Source of the DNA: Girardia tigrina
Lineage: Eukaryota
Assembly: GCA_001938485.1 (NCBI GenBank)
Contig: MQRK01181462.1
Span: forward strand, 19,998-69,299
DNA: 49,302 bases
Reading direction: 5' to 3'
A program made the translations under genes and the position numbers. Shown in pieces: positions 24,186-38,169 of this stretch; the stretch's first letter is position 1; each line of letters begins with the position of its first letter. The notes under the pieces were generated by a model, which saw only the letters and a program-made list of their open reading frames with translations, was not told the DNA's origin and made no database searches.

Positions 24186-25637
24186 CAGTGCGTTCACAAA
24201 GTAACTGTGCACCTGCAATTTCAAAACAAGAACGATATCCTGTGTTCTAAAAATCAATAACAAAATATTTTGAATAGTCAATTTTATGTGAAGAACAATG
24301 ACCGTCTCTTAATTTATTAAAAAATAACAAGAAAAGAGTCACAACAACTGCTGGAAATGCCCACCAAGTTCGTGAATACAAACGTTAATTCGACTCCATG
24401 AATTTCCTCTTGGGTGATGGCTTCAATTTGGTGTAGGATGTTATCACGTAGGTCTTGCAAAGTTTGTGGTTTGTTTCGGTAAACCTTTTGCTTTATCGCT
24501 CCCCACAGGTAAAAGTCCAAAACACTTAGATCTGGGGATCTTGGTGGCCAAATTCCTTTGGAAATGATTCTCTTCGGGAAAATCTCATACAAAAAACGAA
24601 GCGAAATGTTTGCGGTATGTGCTGTTGCACCATCCTGCTGAAAATAGCCAGTCGATCGTTCTTCTTCAGTTAACTGGTCGATGAAAGCAGAAAGGATTTC
24701 NNNNNNNNNNNNNNNNNNNNNNNNNNNNNNNNNNNNNNNNNNNNNNNNNNNNNNNNNNNNNNNNNNNNNNNNNNNNNNNNNNNNNNNNNNNNNNNNNNNN
24801 NNNNNNNNNNNNNNNNNNNNNNNNNNNNNNNNNNNNNNNNNNNNNNNNNNNNNNNNNNNNNNNNNNNNNNNNNNNNNNNNNNNNNNNNNNNNNNNNNNNN
24901 NNNNNNNNNNNNNNNNNNNNNNNNNNNNNNNNNNNNNNNNNNNNNNNTCCTCATTCAGATTTTCCTTGAACCAATGACAAAACTGGAGTCGCTTTTCAGT
25001 CTGTGTCTTTCAACTCATGTTGACAAGTAACACGATATGGATATAAGCTTAAAGTTTTCCTCACGGTGGCATGTGTAGTTCCTACGGATACACTCACCTC
25101 TTGAGATAAACGGCGCATTGACTTTGTTGGCCTCTGGCTCATGGCTTTCGAAATAACATTGACTTTTTACTCCGTTAAAATCGTTGGTCGACCTGAGCGG
25201 GAGGCATCATGAACGGATCCAGTTTCTCTGAACTTGTTCACTAACGCTCGAAATGCATTTCGATGAGGTAATGCTGTTGCGGGAAACTTTTCGGCAAATT
25301 TTTCCTTCACTGCTTCTGTGTATTCATCATTCGCACGAAAGACATGTTCAATCAAAAATATTCTCTCCTCCGTTGACAAAACCATTTTCAATTGGAATTA
25401 ACTTCACAATAAATTGACTTTCGTCAATGATTAGATTGAATATCAAAATGATATTTTTTTTAAAAAAATGTAAAACGCTCAGTGTCAAGGTCAAAGTGTG
25501 TAGGTATGTTTTTTGTTCACGAATCTATTTCATAGTTCGATTTCATAGAAATATGCATTTAAAAAGTCTGCTACAACGCTGATTATCTAAAAATAAACCA
25601 GACAATGAAAGGTGCACAGTACTTTCTGAACGCACTG
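24186..25637 (-). mobile_element. Near full-length Tc1/mariner element, rosa/Visitor-like (DUF4817-type HTH), transposase disrupted
   Basis: TIRs CAGTGCGTTCAcAAAGTAACTGTGCACCT / CAGTGCGTTCAgAAAGT-ACTGTGCACCT with TA on both sides. KFRETGSV..RSGRP, YPYR, FQQDGATAH, WPPRSPDLSVLDFYLWG. Stop at 25167-25169; N gap 24701-24947. Confidence 0.95.
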
Positions 25638-27899
25638 TATAATATATATAATATTGACATAAGCAAAATTGATTAAAAATAAAACAATAAAATACAAATA
25701 TAAACGATATTCACAAATTCAAATATCCATCTTCAATAATTCTCGACGGGGTTTTGTTTACACAAGCCAAAAATTACTGCTTGGTTTGCTTTATATTCCA
25801 TACTAAAAAGTCATTGTGCTTCCCTTTTGTGCGCTCACACTTTCTACTCACACCTGCTAAGAATCGTTCTCATTATACGATCGATCGAAATTACCACGAA
25901 ATATTTCGTTGATGTCAATTATAAAATGTTTTTTCACAAATTTCTAAAATAGATAAATACTAAAATCTGCTAAGAAATCGATGAATCTTCATTTTTTCAT
26001 TTAGTAAAATTATCTATGAATATTGAATTATTTTTTTGTTTTATTTTTAAATTAGTTTTTTCTTTCATGACAAAAAAATCGATAATATTTTCCCTTAAAT
26101 TGAAAAATTGTCAAAAGGTTGTCGGTAAAATCGTTGACAGTCTCGATTTGGTCTAACAGACGTTCTCAATGAACATTTATGATTTTGTTTTAATTGTTGT
26201 TTTTTAATCAAAATATTTTATTTATTTTCATTTAATTAAATTTAACTTTTTGTTTTATTAATCTTGTTTTTATTTTTTTTGTGAAATATTGGATTTTTTG
26301 TTTGAATTAATCAATGTTTTAAATGAAATTGAATTAAGTGAATTAAACAAAGTTAAATTTTGTTTGTGTTGCGGTTTTTGTAAATGTAATCATAATATAT
26401 GTGCGACAATTGAAGATTGTTTTGAGAAGAATAATCAGAATTTATCAAATTAATGCGGTTCAAGATTGTTTATTTAATTTGAGACGAAATCTGATTTACG
26501 CTTTTTTAAAATAATATGCAATATTTTCAAAAAATATAAATAAATAATAGAGCATTTATTTATATTTATATATGAGTATTTGTTATCATTTAATTCATAT
26601 TTATATTATCATGTTGATGTTTTATTTTAATAATATTTAGTTGTTTAAGAAATTACTAATTTTAAAACATAAAACATTTATTCATCACAAAAATAAACAT
26701 AAATTGTTAAATGAATATACGCTTTATGCCACACATAAAATCACTCTAGAAAAATTTTTAAACATAAGTCTGAACCCTAGTTTTTGTATCATATAAATAT
26801 TTGGATTTGCATAAAAAATAAAATTGTCTTGAATTTTTTCTACAAATGTTTATTTTCCACTTTTTTTTATATGAAAATGTATATGAAAACTTTTCCACAC
26901 ATATACTCCTCTTTAAATGGGAATTTCTCTCATGAGATACTTTGCTGATGATTCAAGTATATACGTTAATTTTCGACGTGTTTGACTGATATTATTCTGA
27001 AAAGTGTCCTTCAAATGATTAATTTTCAAAAAAAAGTAATAGACCAAAACCTTTTCTTCCAAACTTGTAACAAATGTATCATTGATGTATAATACAATCA
27101 TTCAATTATTTTTTCTTTACTAATACATTAAAATACTAAATTTTCATACCTAACAATTATATATAAAATAATAAATATTTCTTTATACAAAAACCTACTT
27201 AATTATTTTAAAGGAAACTAAATATTTAACATTTATATTATTATTAAAATAAAAAATCTCTATCTTTAAGTTTTACAAGATTTCAAGCATTTAACTATGA
27301 ATTCCAAAATTTCTTCATTTTATTTTAACAAATGAAACAAATTTTATATTTCCCCTTGAAAAATGATAAAATATATTTAAATATTGAGAAAAAGTATAAT
27401 AAAGTTTTAATTATTAACATTGTGAAATTTATTATTAAATATATTTATTTAGTGTAAAATGTAAATTAATATGTCTTAAAAAATAAATTAGATAAAATTA
27501 CTTTACTTCAGATTATTCAACTTCTCAAATTCCGTTTTATCATAATCTTTTAGAAAACATAATTTTTCAACAAAATAATCAAATTTTTATTCCGGATATT
27601 ACCAAAATTAAATTTAAGAAATTTAATCAAATTTTTATTCTAAAATTTCTTAAATGTTTCTTAAAATTGCTATTTGAAGTTCCTATAAAAATAACTTTCT
27701 CCGTGTAACAAATTGGTAAAGGTTATTAATATTGTTATTTTTTTATTAATATTTTTTTCTATTTAGTTATTAAATATAAGTCAATACAATACTTTAAAGA
27801 GATTATACTGATATAACTCCTTCAAGTCATTCTTAATGAGTATTCAACTTCTCGAAAAAAATAGTACAATCCAGTAAGGATTTCTGAACTGCAAATGTT

Positions 27900-28400
27900 A
27901 TTATTTCTAAAATAGGTTGATGCTAAAATGAAGATGAAAATTCTTGTCTAATACTGAATTTCTAAAACTTGTGTCTAAATGTAACTCCTTGAAATGGTTT
28001 ACCTCTATCTGATAGAAGGAATTTACGTTTTCCATAGTGATAAATCCAACCATTTAGTATAACCCAGACTATTGATTCTTCATTTTGTTTTTGAAGAGCA
28101 AAGGGGAAGCCCATTTTGCTTAAGATATCCATCAATACTAAAATATATTTTGTAAAAAGTTTTGTTTAGATATAATGAGCAGTATCCATGATTACTTGAC
28201 CGAATAATTCAATATCTTCTTGTGGAAGAAAAGATTCATTATTTGGTGTTATCGTAACTTTCGTTTTTTTTCATCCTTCACAATTTTAAACTACCAACTT
28301 TATTACATCAGTCATTTTTGGGCAGAAATAAATATCTTTCAAATATACTCGTATAATTTCTTGTACCCTAGATGACATAATTCATAAGGGTATGTATTAT
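27900..28400 (-). mobile_element. Decayed Gypsy integrase remnant
   Basis: Minus strand LCHLGYKKLYE..PKMTDVIK..NCEG, QVIMD, KYILVLMDILSK, WIYHYGKRKFLLSDRGKPF (zinc-binding region plus rve core). Confidence 0.8.
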
Positions 28401-31400
28401 ACAATCTGATATTTACCAGCCTCCAAAACCACCTGATTCCATCAGTAAAATATAATAGACCACGTCCATTGAGAAGTTGTTTTAATACTGTCCACAACGC
28501 ATTTTGATGTACTTCCAGACTTTGCGGCTTAGTCATTTCTTAAGATATAATATTGTATCTTTAATTCCTACATGTCTTATAAGACACTACACAAAATTAT
28601 TATGTAATCTGAGACATTCCCTCTGGGTTTCCTAGTTTGATCCTTTTCCAATGATCCTTTTCTAATTCTTGGTTAAAATCTGAAAAATACATTTGTATTA
28701 CAAATGATAGAATGTTAAATTAGGAGTTAATGAAAAATTTTTTGAATTCGCATTTATGTTTATTGTATTCTGTAGTCCTTTATAAGTTACAAATATCTTT
28801 TGACAAATAATAAATTAATAAATTAAAAATTTTATTGAATAGATATCATATTATATAAAATATGATATCCACAACACTGTAAACAATTTATAGTCAAATT
28901 AAGTAATTTTATATTAATAATCCAATTAATAACCAAGTAATAATCTAATGATTAATAATAATAATATTATAAATATTGATGAAAGTAATTCTATTTTTAA
29001 TAAGTCATAACTTAATAATTATACATGAAGAAATTTGTGTATAAAAATTGATAAAATTTCCGAATAATTTCATTTGAGATATTTTTTTAAGATATTTATT
29101 TTTTGCGAGGCAATTGAATCAATCATTTTCCACTGACATAATTTCAAATATTTTTTTCCACAAATTTAATTAAAGGAAAAAACCAGTGAAACTTGTTCGT
29201 TTTTAATCAAATTTTGTAATCATTAAATTGTTATAATAATTTTTTAAACATTGAAAATTAGTAACCACAAAAAAATATATGGCCGTCTGTTTTTTACAAA
29301 GTATTAGTAAAGTTTTATCACATCTTTTTATATTACTCATTTATATGTTTTGTAAACATTATTATAATAGAAAAATGTTGTCGTTTACAAAACGAAATAC
29401 GCAAATGTTTATAATTGAAAGAAAATGTTGTTAAAGCTTTTTTTAAAAAAAATGATTATTGAACATGGTTTGAAGTTTCATACATCATCTAATAGATTTA
29501 TTATTATATGATCTTTAAAAATTATATCATTACTATTTTTTATAATAAATTGAATAATCACAAAAATATTTATTAACTTGTTTTATTTATATTAATAAAA
29601 AGTAATTTTTCTTGTAGACAAATTTTAATATTTTTTGGCAACTTAAATAATTAAAAAATTATTTTTTCAAAGGAATTGTTATTTTTTTGTCAAAAAAACT
29701 AGAACATTATCATTTTGCTTTGATTTTTTCCGTAAATATTACTTTAGAGATGATTTAAAAAATATTTATGGTTTAATTTTATTCACAAAACCCGGGAGGG
29801 ACTCTCAAAATAAATTCCATCTTCAACTTACTAAAACAATCTTTTATATAAAAAATAAAATTAATAAATTAAATGAACTTTCTTAGAAACAATTTAAATT
29901 TATATTAAAAATAAATTTTTTTTTAATATTTTGGCGAAAATAATCATATATTGTAAAATAATATAAAAATATTATTTAAAAACATATTATTATATATTTC
30001 CATCAGATAAAACATAATAAAAGATATTTTGTTTATAAACAATGTTAATTTATTTCTTAATTTTTTAACTGAATTTATGTTTATTTGGCATCTAAACTTC
30101 AGAAGATTTTGTACAGTTAAAAGAGCGGCATCCAAAACATTACTGGGCATGATGAAAACAAGCCATGGAGACTGCGTAGTGTTGCGTTATCTAAATTATG
30201 CTCAACTATAAGTATTAATAATCCAATCAAAGGAATTAATTATCATGAATTTTCTCTCGAAAATTTGAATAGTACTCTTTCTAATTCATACAATAAATTC
30301 GGTTTTGCTTTTTGCTCTTCACAAAAATCATTCCATTACCATTCTGCCCAAAAATCCCTCGACAATCGAATTCTAAAACCCCGGAGCTGTAATTTATTTT
30401 AGCATCATTGCATATTCCCAATTGATTTTAACATAAAGAGAAAAACGCGATTTTTTTAAATAAGTGTTATTATTTTTATGCTAAAAGTGAAAAATTCATG
30501 AATGAAAATTCTTGAATGTCTGAAAAATTTAAAAAATTATTTGTTAATTGAGCTATTTTTTTATGAATAGTTCAATTTGTATATCTCTTTTGTAAATTTG
30601 TCAAGTATTTATACTGTAGAAATTCTAATTGTCTTTTGGTTAAGAAACATCTTTGGAGATTTGAAACTTAACTTTTCAATGTTGTCAGTTCTGGATTATA
30701 AATTCTTTTTTGATTGTATTATTAACTTTTTGAAAGTTTTATTAAGATTGAAAATATTATTCTTTTAATTTACAAAGTTATTTCGAAAAATAATAAAAAA
30801 TGTCAAAAACTATTTTAAAGTATTCGAAAAAAAAGAATTATAAAGAGAAAAACAGGGCAAAAATACGTTTTAAATGAGTGGTCGCTGTATAAGCGGACAA
30901 TATAAAGATTAGATTATGTCCTTTAACAAAGGCAAAATTCTAGGCATTTAGTTTGCTTATTTGGTATCAAAGATATGTGTAGTCCCAATAATACAATTTT
31001 TGCGTTTTGTATATTCCTTTGTTTACATCAGATATTATAGCACCGATGTAGATGACAGAAAATGAATTTCAGGCTAATTATGCGCCACGGGAAAAATTAA
31101 GTAATTTCATCTGTTATATTCAGTGCAATTAAGAGCCGTCATTTCAGTCGAAGAAAAATGACTTAACATCTATGTATATCGAAAACTGAAATGTTATTAT
31201 CAAATAAAATGTGATTTTACTCTGAGATTTGTTGCACAGATGACAGCCATAGATGACGCCCTTCTCAAAGACCGTAAGCTCCTTTCATAATGCTATGTTT
31301 AGAAATATAGTGAATACTAGTGAAATAGAAAAACGTTTCATGCAATATCATTTCTAAGAAATCTATTTATAGACAAACAATAAGAAAGCCAACAACAGTA

Positions 31401-31512
31401 TAAACTTTATCATTTCAATATTCTGATAGTATGACAGCCTTAAAAGTCTTTCATTTTAGATGACTTTCTCAATAAACTCATAATACAGCAGAAAAGTGTC
31501 AAATATATACGT

Positions 31513-31515
<3 letters not shown>

Positions 31516-31563
<48 letters not shown>
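31516..31563. repeat. (TA)n microsatellite
   Basis: Direct inspection. Confidence 0.95.
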
Positions 31564-31567
<4 letters not shown>

Positions 31568-31569
31568 CA

Positions 31570-32403
31570 CTGGAGACTAAAAATATTTTAAAGATTTATA
31601 GAATTATGGTGCTAACACAATAAGTGAAACCTGTTTATTTGCAAGGTTCAGAGAAAGATTAATATCGCAAAAAAGTCTCTTTGAATTTGAGGATTCTTAA
31701 AAAGGAATATGGTTTTTAAGAGAAGCCGAGGTTTTAATTCGGACAGGTTTTAAATAGACAACAAGATCGCTTTAACCTAGAAAATGCATGTAAAAATGAT
31801 ATATTTTAGAAACTTTGTAGATTTATGTTCTTTGTTATGCTGCTGTTTTATCAGTGTTATGAAAAAATAGAGTGTTGATATTCGGAAAAAAATAGCACAA
31901 AATGTTATCCATAAACCGTCACGTTATTATGGGAAAGATGTGTCAAAATATGTTCTACGATATAATAAATAAAATGAACTACTAAAAATGGACATAATAG
32001 CAATACGGTACAAATGCTGACACAGCAAGTGCTCCAATTCAATTTGTTGATCAACCTTCTCCTGATTTTCTTGCACAGGAAGATCAGTGCCCAAAAAACC
32101 AGAATTAAAAGTAGTGTATCATTGTGCATTGAGCTTATTATCTACAAAAGCTCAAGAATTTCGACGTGATATCGAATCTTTTAATGATTTGAAAACGTGT
32201 TTGGACTAATATTCCAAAACCTACTCTTAAAATTGCTGAGGGAGGTTGAATTTCTAAGTTTAAACGTTCTTATGAAGTACATGGATAAAATTGAGTATCT
32301 CTAAGAGTATTATAATATTAACTTTTGAAAAATTCTTACAAATGTAATTATTGAAAAATACATCCATAATTGATATATTTCTGCTTTTTAAGGGATTACC
32401 CTG
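31570..32403 (+). mobile_element. Heavily decayed Tc1/mariner (maT/DD37D-like) remnant with 3' TIR
   Basis: Traces RQQDR, QxSAP, PDFLAQED; terminus ...GGGATTACCCTG|TA. Confidence 0.45.
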
Positions 32404-35400
32404 TATAAAAACCTAATTTGTATTGAAATCTTAATTTTTTTAATAATACTTTCCCCCATTTTTTAGTCATTTAAAAATATTTTTTATAAATAATTATCAA
32501 TAAAACTTTTTCTCAAAAATTGGAAGACTAATCAAGTTTAGAACATTTTCAAATGTTTGTCTAGACATCACTTTTGAAAATAAGTTTATGTTTTCTATAT
32601 TAATTAAATTCTAATTATATCATGTAAGTTTGTTTTTTATTTAAATTTTACTTAATTTAAAAAATTATATATTTTTTAATGGATTCAATTATTATTTCTT
32701 CAGATGAATAAATTGAAAAGCTTCAATATTTAAAATATATATTTTTTACAAAATCAAACACAACTTTTTTAAAGATATTCAACAGAATAATTATGACTTT
32801 TTTTCAATTATTTATTATTTAAATGACCTATTTCTGTATTTAACTTTAATTTTCACAGTTTTAGCATTCTTATATGTGAAGAAAATTGAGTTCGATTAAT
32901 TGCAATGTGTTGAAAATGTATGAATAAAAATGAATAAACAAAATAAAAAAGCTTTTAATATATTTTCATCTTTAAACCGATTTTCAGTTAATTATTTAAA
33001 TTTGTTTATATATTTTTAACTCATTAACTTTCTAGAATGAACTCAAATAATTAATCTTTATATGAACTTCACTTTTTTACATTGTGATGTATATTTTCTA
33101 TTATTAAAAACAAGTGATAACGTTTAACGTCCAGGATATATGCAACATCATAAACCTTACATCCTCCAATTTTGCGTTAACAATATTATTTTTAGCTTTA
33201 GTCCTCCAAAATTTTACCCGAAATATTATTTATAAAACAAAAATCTCTAGCTAAGAAGTAAAAATTGTATATTTGTAAAAGAAACAATTTTCTATTACTA
33301 CAAAACATTCATCATGTTCTTCATTCACTGGAAGTTGTACAAAAATATATACTTATAAAAAGAAAATGTTATGCTCAAGATTTTTTAGCGGAATTACGGT
33401 AAATATTTTTTGAAAGAAAAATTATTTTTTTCAGAGATCTTTCGTTTTCACTCCGAGTATGTATAATATGCCGTAAAATAAAGTTTTCATAACTATACTG
33501 AGTGTAATATGTCCAATCGGTTGCAGAATATCAATACAAAATATGAATATTGTACGTATGCCGAGAAAGAGCATTATATGTTGTAAAACGGACTTTTCCG
33601 CGGGGGGTACACCCCTATGGGCTAGGGTGCTCTAAAAACTCATCTCAAGACAGGAAGAGAAAGTAAAACGTTTCTCCTCTAGGCCATAATTTTTTATTAT
33701 GGTTTTATGTCGCGGACATTATCACACCATGTTATTTACCTTAAATGATTTTGTATAGATAAACTTTTAAAAGCTTGAAAAAATAATTTCTTTTACCGGT
33801 CAATAAAATATTAAAAAAACTGACTAATTACATAAATACTGAAGAAGTTACACATCATCGTTTCAGTGGACGGCCTTAGTCTTGAGAGATTTGTAGCCAT
33901 TTATCATAAAGTTCGTCATACGCTAAGATGATAACGTGTAAAAAAGGTATGCAGTTTGAATAAAAATTTACTTTCACAATTTTTACTTTATCCTTTAACT
34001 TCAATTTTTTTATTTTGTCAAGACTTCCTGTAATTCACGGTCTAACTTGACTACACGAAAATTTCGTTACTAAAATGGTTAATTCAGTGATTTTCAAACA
34101 TTTTGAGAGTTTGAAACATGATAAAATAAAACGATTTATGAATATAAAGATTGTTTATTATTTAATTGCTGAAAATAGAATTATTCCCTGATCGACTCTC
34201 ATCTAGTATTTTATCAAAATTATAAATAATAAACATTAAACAACTTGAGTAGTTTTATACCATAATTAAATTTTCCGAAAATTGTTTTTTTTCATCTTTT
34301 TTTTCCGTTTTAAAATATTTTGATCCCTTAATTCCTTAAATTTAACCCTAAACACCGGTGGTTGAAAAACATGTCTAAAAATATGTTGTCAGTGATGATC
34401 ACATTTTTCGGATTCGGCTGTTCAAATATTAAATTTTCGTTTAATAAAATCCAGATTTCCTGGCAATAATAAGAAATCTATTATTTCTTTTTTTTACTTT
34501 TAGGTTTATTAAATTAAAAACATTGTTAATTGATTATTTATTACAAATATTTATTCTTAAAAAAATAAATGGATAATTAATAATTTCATAAAACACTTTT
34601 TGTTTTTTGCTTAACAATAGAACAATTGTTGAGTTTACATAAATAAAATATTTTTAATAAAAAATATTATTAATTTCAGTAAAAAAAGCCACATTTCAAT
34701 TAATTTTTTTATTTAAATTTCCACGTTATTTAAATAAACAAGAAAAAAGATATCATGTTGTTTCTAAAATAAAAAAAATTTCTTGATATTTCTATCGAAG
34801 AATCGATTCCAGCAATCTGAGAATTCGCTGTTGTGGAATAATTGTAGCTCAGATCAACAAACAGAAATTCTGGTGGACAAAACGTATAAATAATTATTGT
34901 ATAATGATTTTCCTTTATACAAATACAATTTTTTACATCGATATGAAAGTTGATGAACTGAAGGATAATCTGCTTTCTTTGCGAATGTGATTACTTATTT
35001 GCGGGGAAATTCTATCCTGAGCATGATTAGAATATATCAGTAAATTAATATATTTCCTTTCAAACATCAAATATGTATAATATTACATGCATATGTATAT
35101 GTATATTTTATTATAGACTTATCATATGTTATTTTTCAAGTATCCTATAGTCAGCCTTACTATAGTTTTAGTAATTTAACTGATACTTACATATAATATA
35201 AAATGATAAAATCTATCAAGCATTGATAAAATACAATACACTAAGCCTTTTGTATAGTTAGACGTGGTTCATTCAAAAATGTAAAGGACTTGATATGAAG
35301 AATAAATTTAAATTCATAGATTTTTTGGTATTGGTGGCACAATTAATTAGTTGTTTTAACACACTAATTATTTCGTATGGCGCATGTGGCCTTGCTTGTT

Positions 35401-36799
35401 TTCAATATTTTAATTTCAGATAAATAGACGCTGTAGAATACCGAAATGTAATAAAATTTTACTTGTTGCTGCATAAGAACAATGAAGAAATATTTCGTAA
35501 TGTGAAATATGATTATAAAAACAACTGACCTTAGAGATCAATAATATGTGGTTGAATCTCAGAATTAAAGGAGGCAATTTGAGTATCAGGAGTTTTTAAA
35601 TATTAGTTGACAAGTAAGAATTTCAATTTAAATTATTGGAAGTCGTTAATTTAATAGCACAGGTATATAAAAGTTTCATAGTTTGCTAAAACATAGAATC
35701 AAGACTTACAAAAACATATTCCACAAAAATGATATTTTCTTTTGATTTCATATTGCTATTACTTTGTATTTTAGATAATTAATTGTATTTATTTAAAATA
35801 AAAAGTGATTTGTAAGGTAATTTACTACACTTAAACGTAGTTAGTCTTAAGATTTATTAAAAATAAAAACATCTTAAAATTAGAATTAAAGTAACCTTGT
35901 AGAAAATATATAATGGTAATAAATATTTTAATTGCAATATTTTAATAATTTTGAAAAGAACAAGAATTCTTTAATTAAACAACAAGGAAAAGTAATTCAT
36001 TACATTTTAAACAATGAAAAGAAAATGTTAATTTTTTGTGACAAAAAAGGAAAGTTGAGATATTTCGTAAATAGAAATCGACTTGTTTCAGCGAAAAGAA
36101 CTTAGATAGTCTAGAAATACGGACCAGGATTACCGGGAATTTGATATTTGAGGTTATTCGGCTGTAGAATGACAATTTCTTTTAAACTAATTAGGAGTTT
36201 CTTAGACTAGATCCATTTTCTAATTAATTCAAATCTTTTTATACCAGACAAAAACGATATTTACCAATGAGAAAAAGGAATATAATTGAGACTCTGAATG
36301 GCAGAATAACTTTGTATTTTATATTCGATCACTAAAAAATTAATCAACTCATGTCCTTATGTTAGGGCTTTTGAAAAAATTTTAACATTTTTTCGTGTAT
36401 TTTATTCTGAAAGAATACGTGTCCGTTAACAACAAGATGTCAAATAATTTGATGTTCAGAGAGAACGTAATTGTTCCACACGATCCCTGAGTTTCCCCGA
36501 AGACCGGACGGTGGTAGCAGAAGCTCATAGTAATTAGAATAGAAGCTCGAAGTCGATGTGCTGGGTTCATGGTGATTAAAATTTATTTAAGATCATTTCG
36601 GAGAAATAAAGGTTAAAAAATTTAAATTTTTGAGACACAAATTTGAGTCGTAATTTCGAAAAATACATTGGTTTCAAAAATATCCGTGCCAATTAAAATG
36701 AGTAATTAATTTCAATAAATTCATCGCAAAAAATAATCATCAATCAAGAAAATACTCTTCACAATCAAAAATATCAAACGACAAAATTGAGAAAATTTA

Positions 36800-36930
36800 T
36801 TGATTCGAGCCAATACTTGTTGGGTTGGCTAGCCAATCAGAGCGAGTTTTCAATTCATTCCTTCTGGCTCACACGTTTGTTTTGTCTCTCACCATTTGGC
36901 TCCGATATATCGGCACACATTATAGCCAAA
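36800..36930. promoter_or_regulatory. Putative CCAAT-box promoter/enhancer island in intron 2
   Basis: AGCCAAT (36808) and AGCCAATCAG (36831); palindromes TTGGCTAGCCAA and CCGATATATCGG. Confidence 0.35.
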
Positions 36931-38169
36931 TCGAATTTATTACAAAAAATAAATGTGAATTGATGAGTTATTTCATTTAAAAAAAATGAACATTATTTAC
37001 ATGAATTTGAAAATTAGTTTTTAATGTCATTTAATTTTAAATGTAAATTTAATTATTTTTCTTTTAGTTTAATTATTTTGTTTATTCTTATTTTATTATT
37101 TCTTTTAATCATATTTCTTATTTTTTCTTATACAACGAAGGTTAAACAAAAGTAAAACATATCGGTGATTGGTATTCAAATATATATCAGAAATTAGATT
37201 TGAATTTGCAGGGACAACGAAGAAATATTATTATTATTAATAATAATAATAGTAATATAATTTAAATTCAAATTCCGAACAATAATAAATCTAATGCATG
37301 AAAAAATAAATATTAATATTTATTTAAATGATAAAAAAGAATAGATTAATTATGAATGATATATTATCTTGTTTTAATGATTAAAAAGAAGATTTCCTGA
37401 ATTAAGAACTGTCTATTGAAAAAAAAATAATTTTCGAAATTTTTTATTTCAAGAAGTTTTGATTTTTTGAATTTAACTCAATATATTAATAATTATTATC
37501 TTATTACCAAATAAAAATAAGTAATTTAATATTTATTAAAAATAAATAACATTTTGTTACAAGATTATTGGATATTTAATATAATTTACTTTCAGAGAAA
37601 TATTAAAAGAATTAAAAATATAATGCAACAGTGTACTAATATCAATTTAAAGGAAAATGTTTAATGAATTTCAGCACTTAAACCGATCACCCGTCGAGAA
37701 ATCTCGATCTTTATTAATTCACAAATATTAATTGAAATATAATGAAATATAATAATAATAAATAATAATTACAATAACATTTATAATGATATTATTAATA
37801 ATAGTAATAATCAAAAAGTGACAAAATTTTATTTTATAACATCTCTCTAGTAATACAAAGGAATATTTTCCTGAAAAGGGTTGAAATATACCTTGAAACA
37901 TCTTCATATCAACGTTGGCAGCCACTTATTGATTTAATCTCACGTTTTCAATTTAATCTGCACTTAATTCTGTTTAATTATCTAGAATTATCTGGTGATG
38001 GAATTGTTTAAAACATTTTAATTTTAAAAGAAGTTTGAATTTTCAAATATGCATATTTATCAAACTTTAAATTAAATTAACTTAATTAAGTATTACGACA
38101 ATTTCTTAATAATTTCTAATAATTTGTTCTTCATTTGTCGAGATTTTAAAATTCATTATTATTTTACCA

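Noticed and set aside
34790-34890. GC-richer island as an extra exon
   Set aside because: No recognisable protein or consistent splice sites, and exons 2 and 3 already join without a gap.
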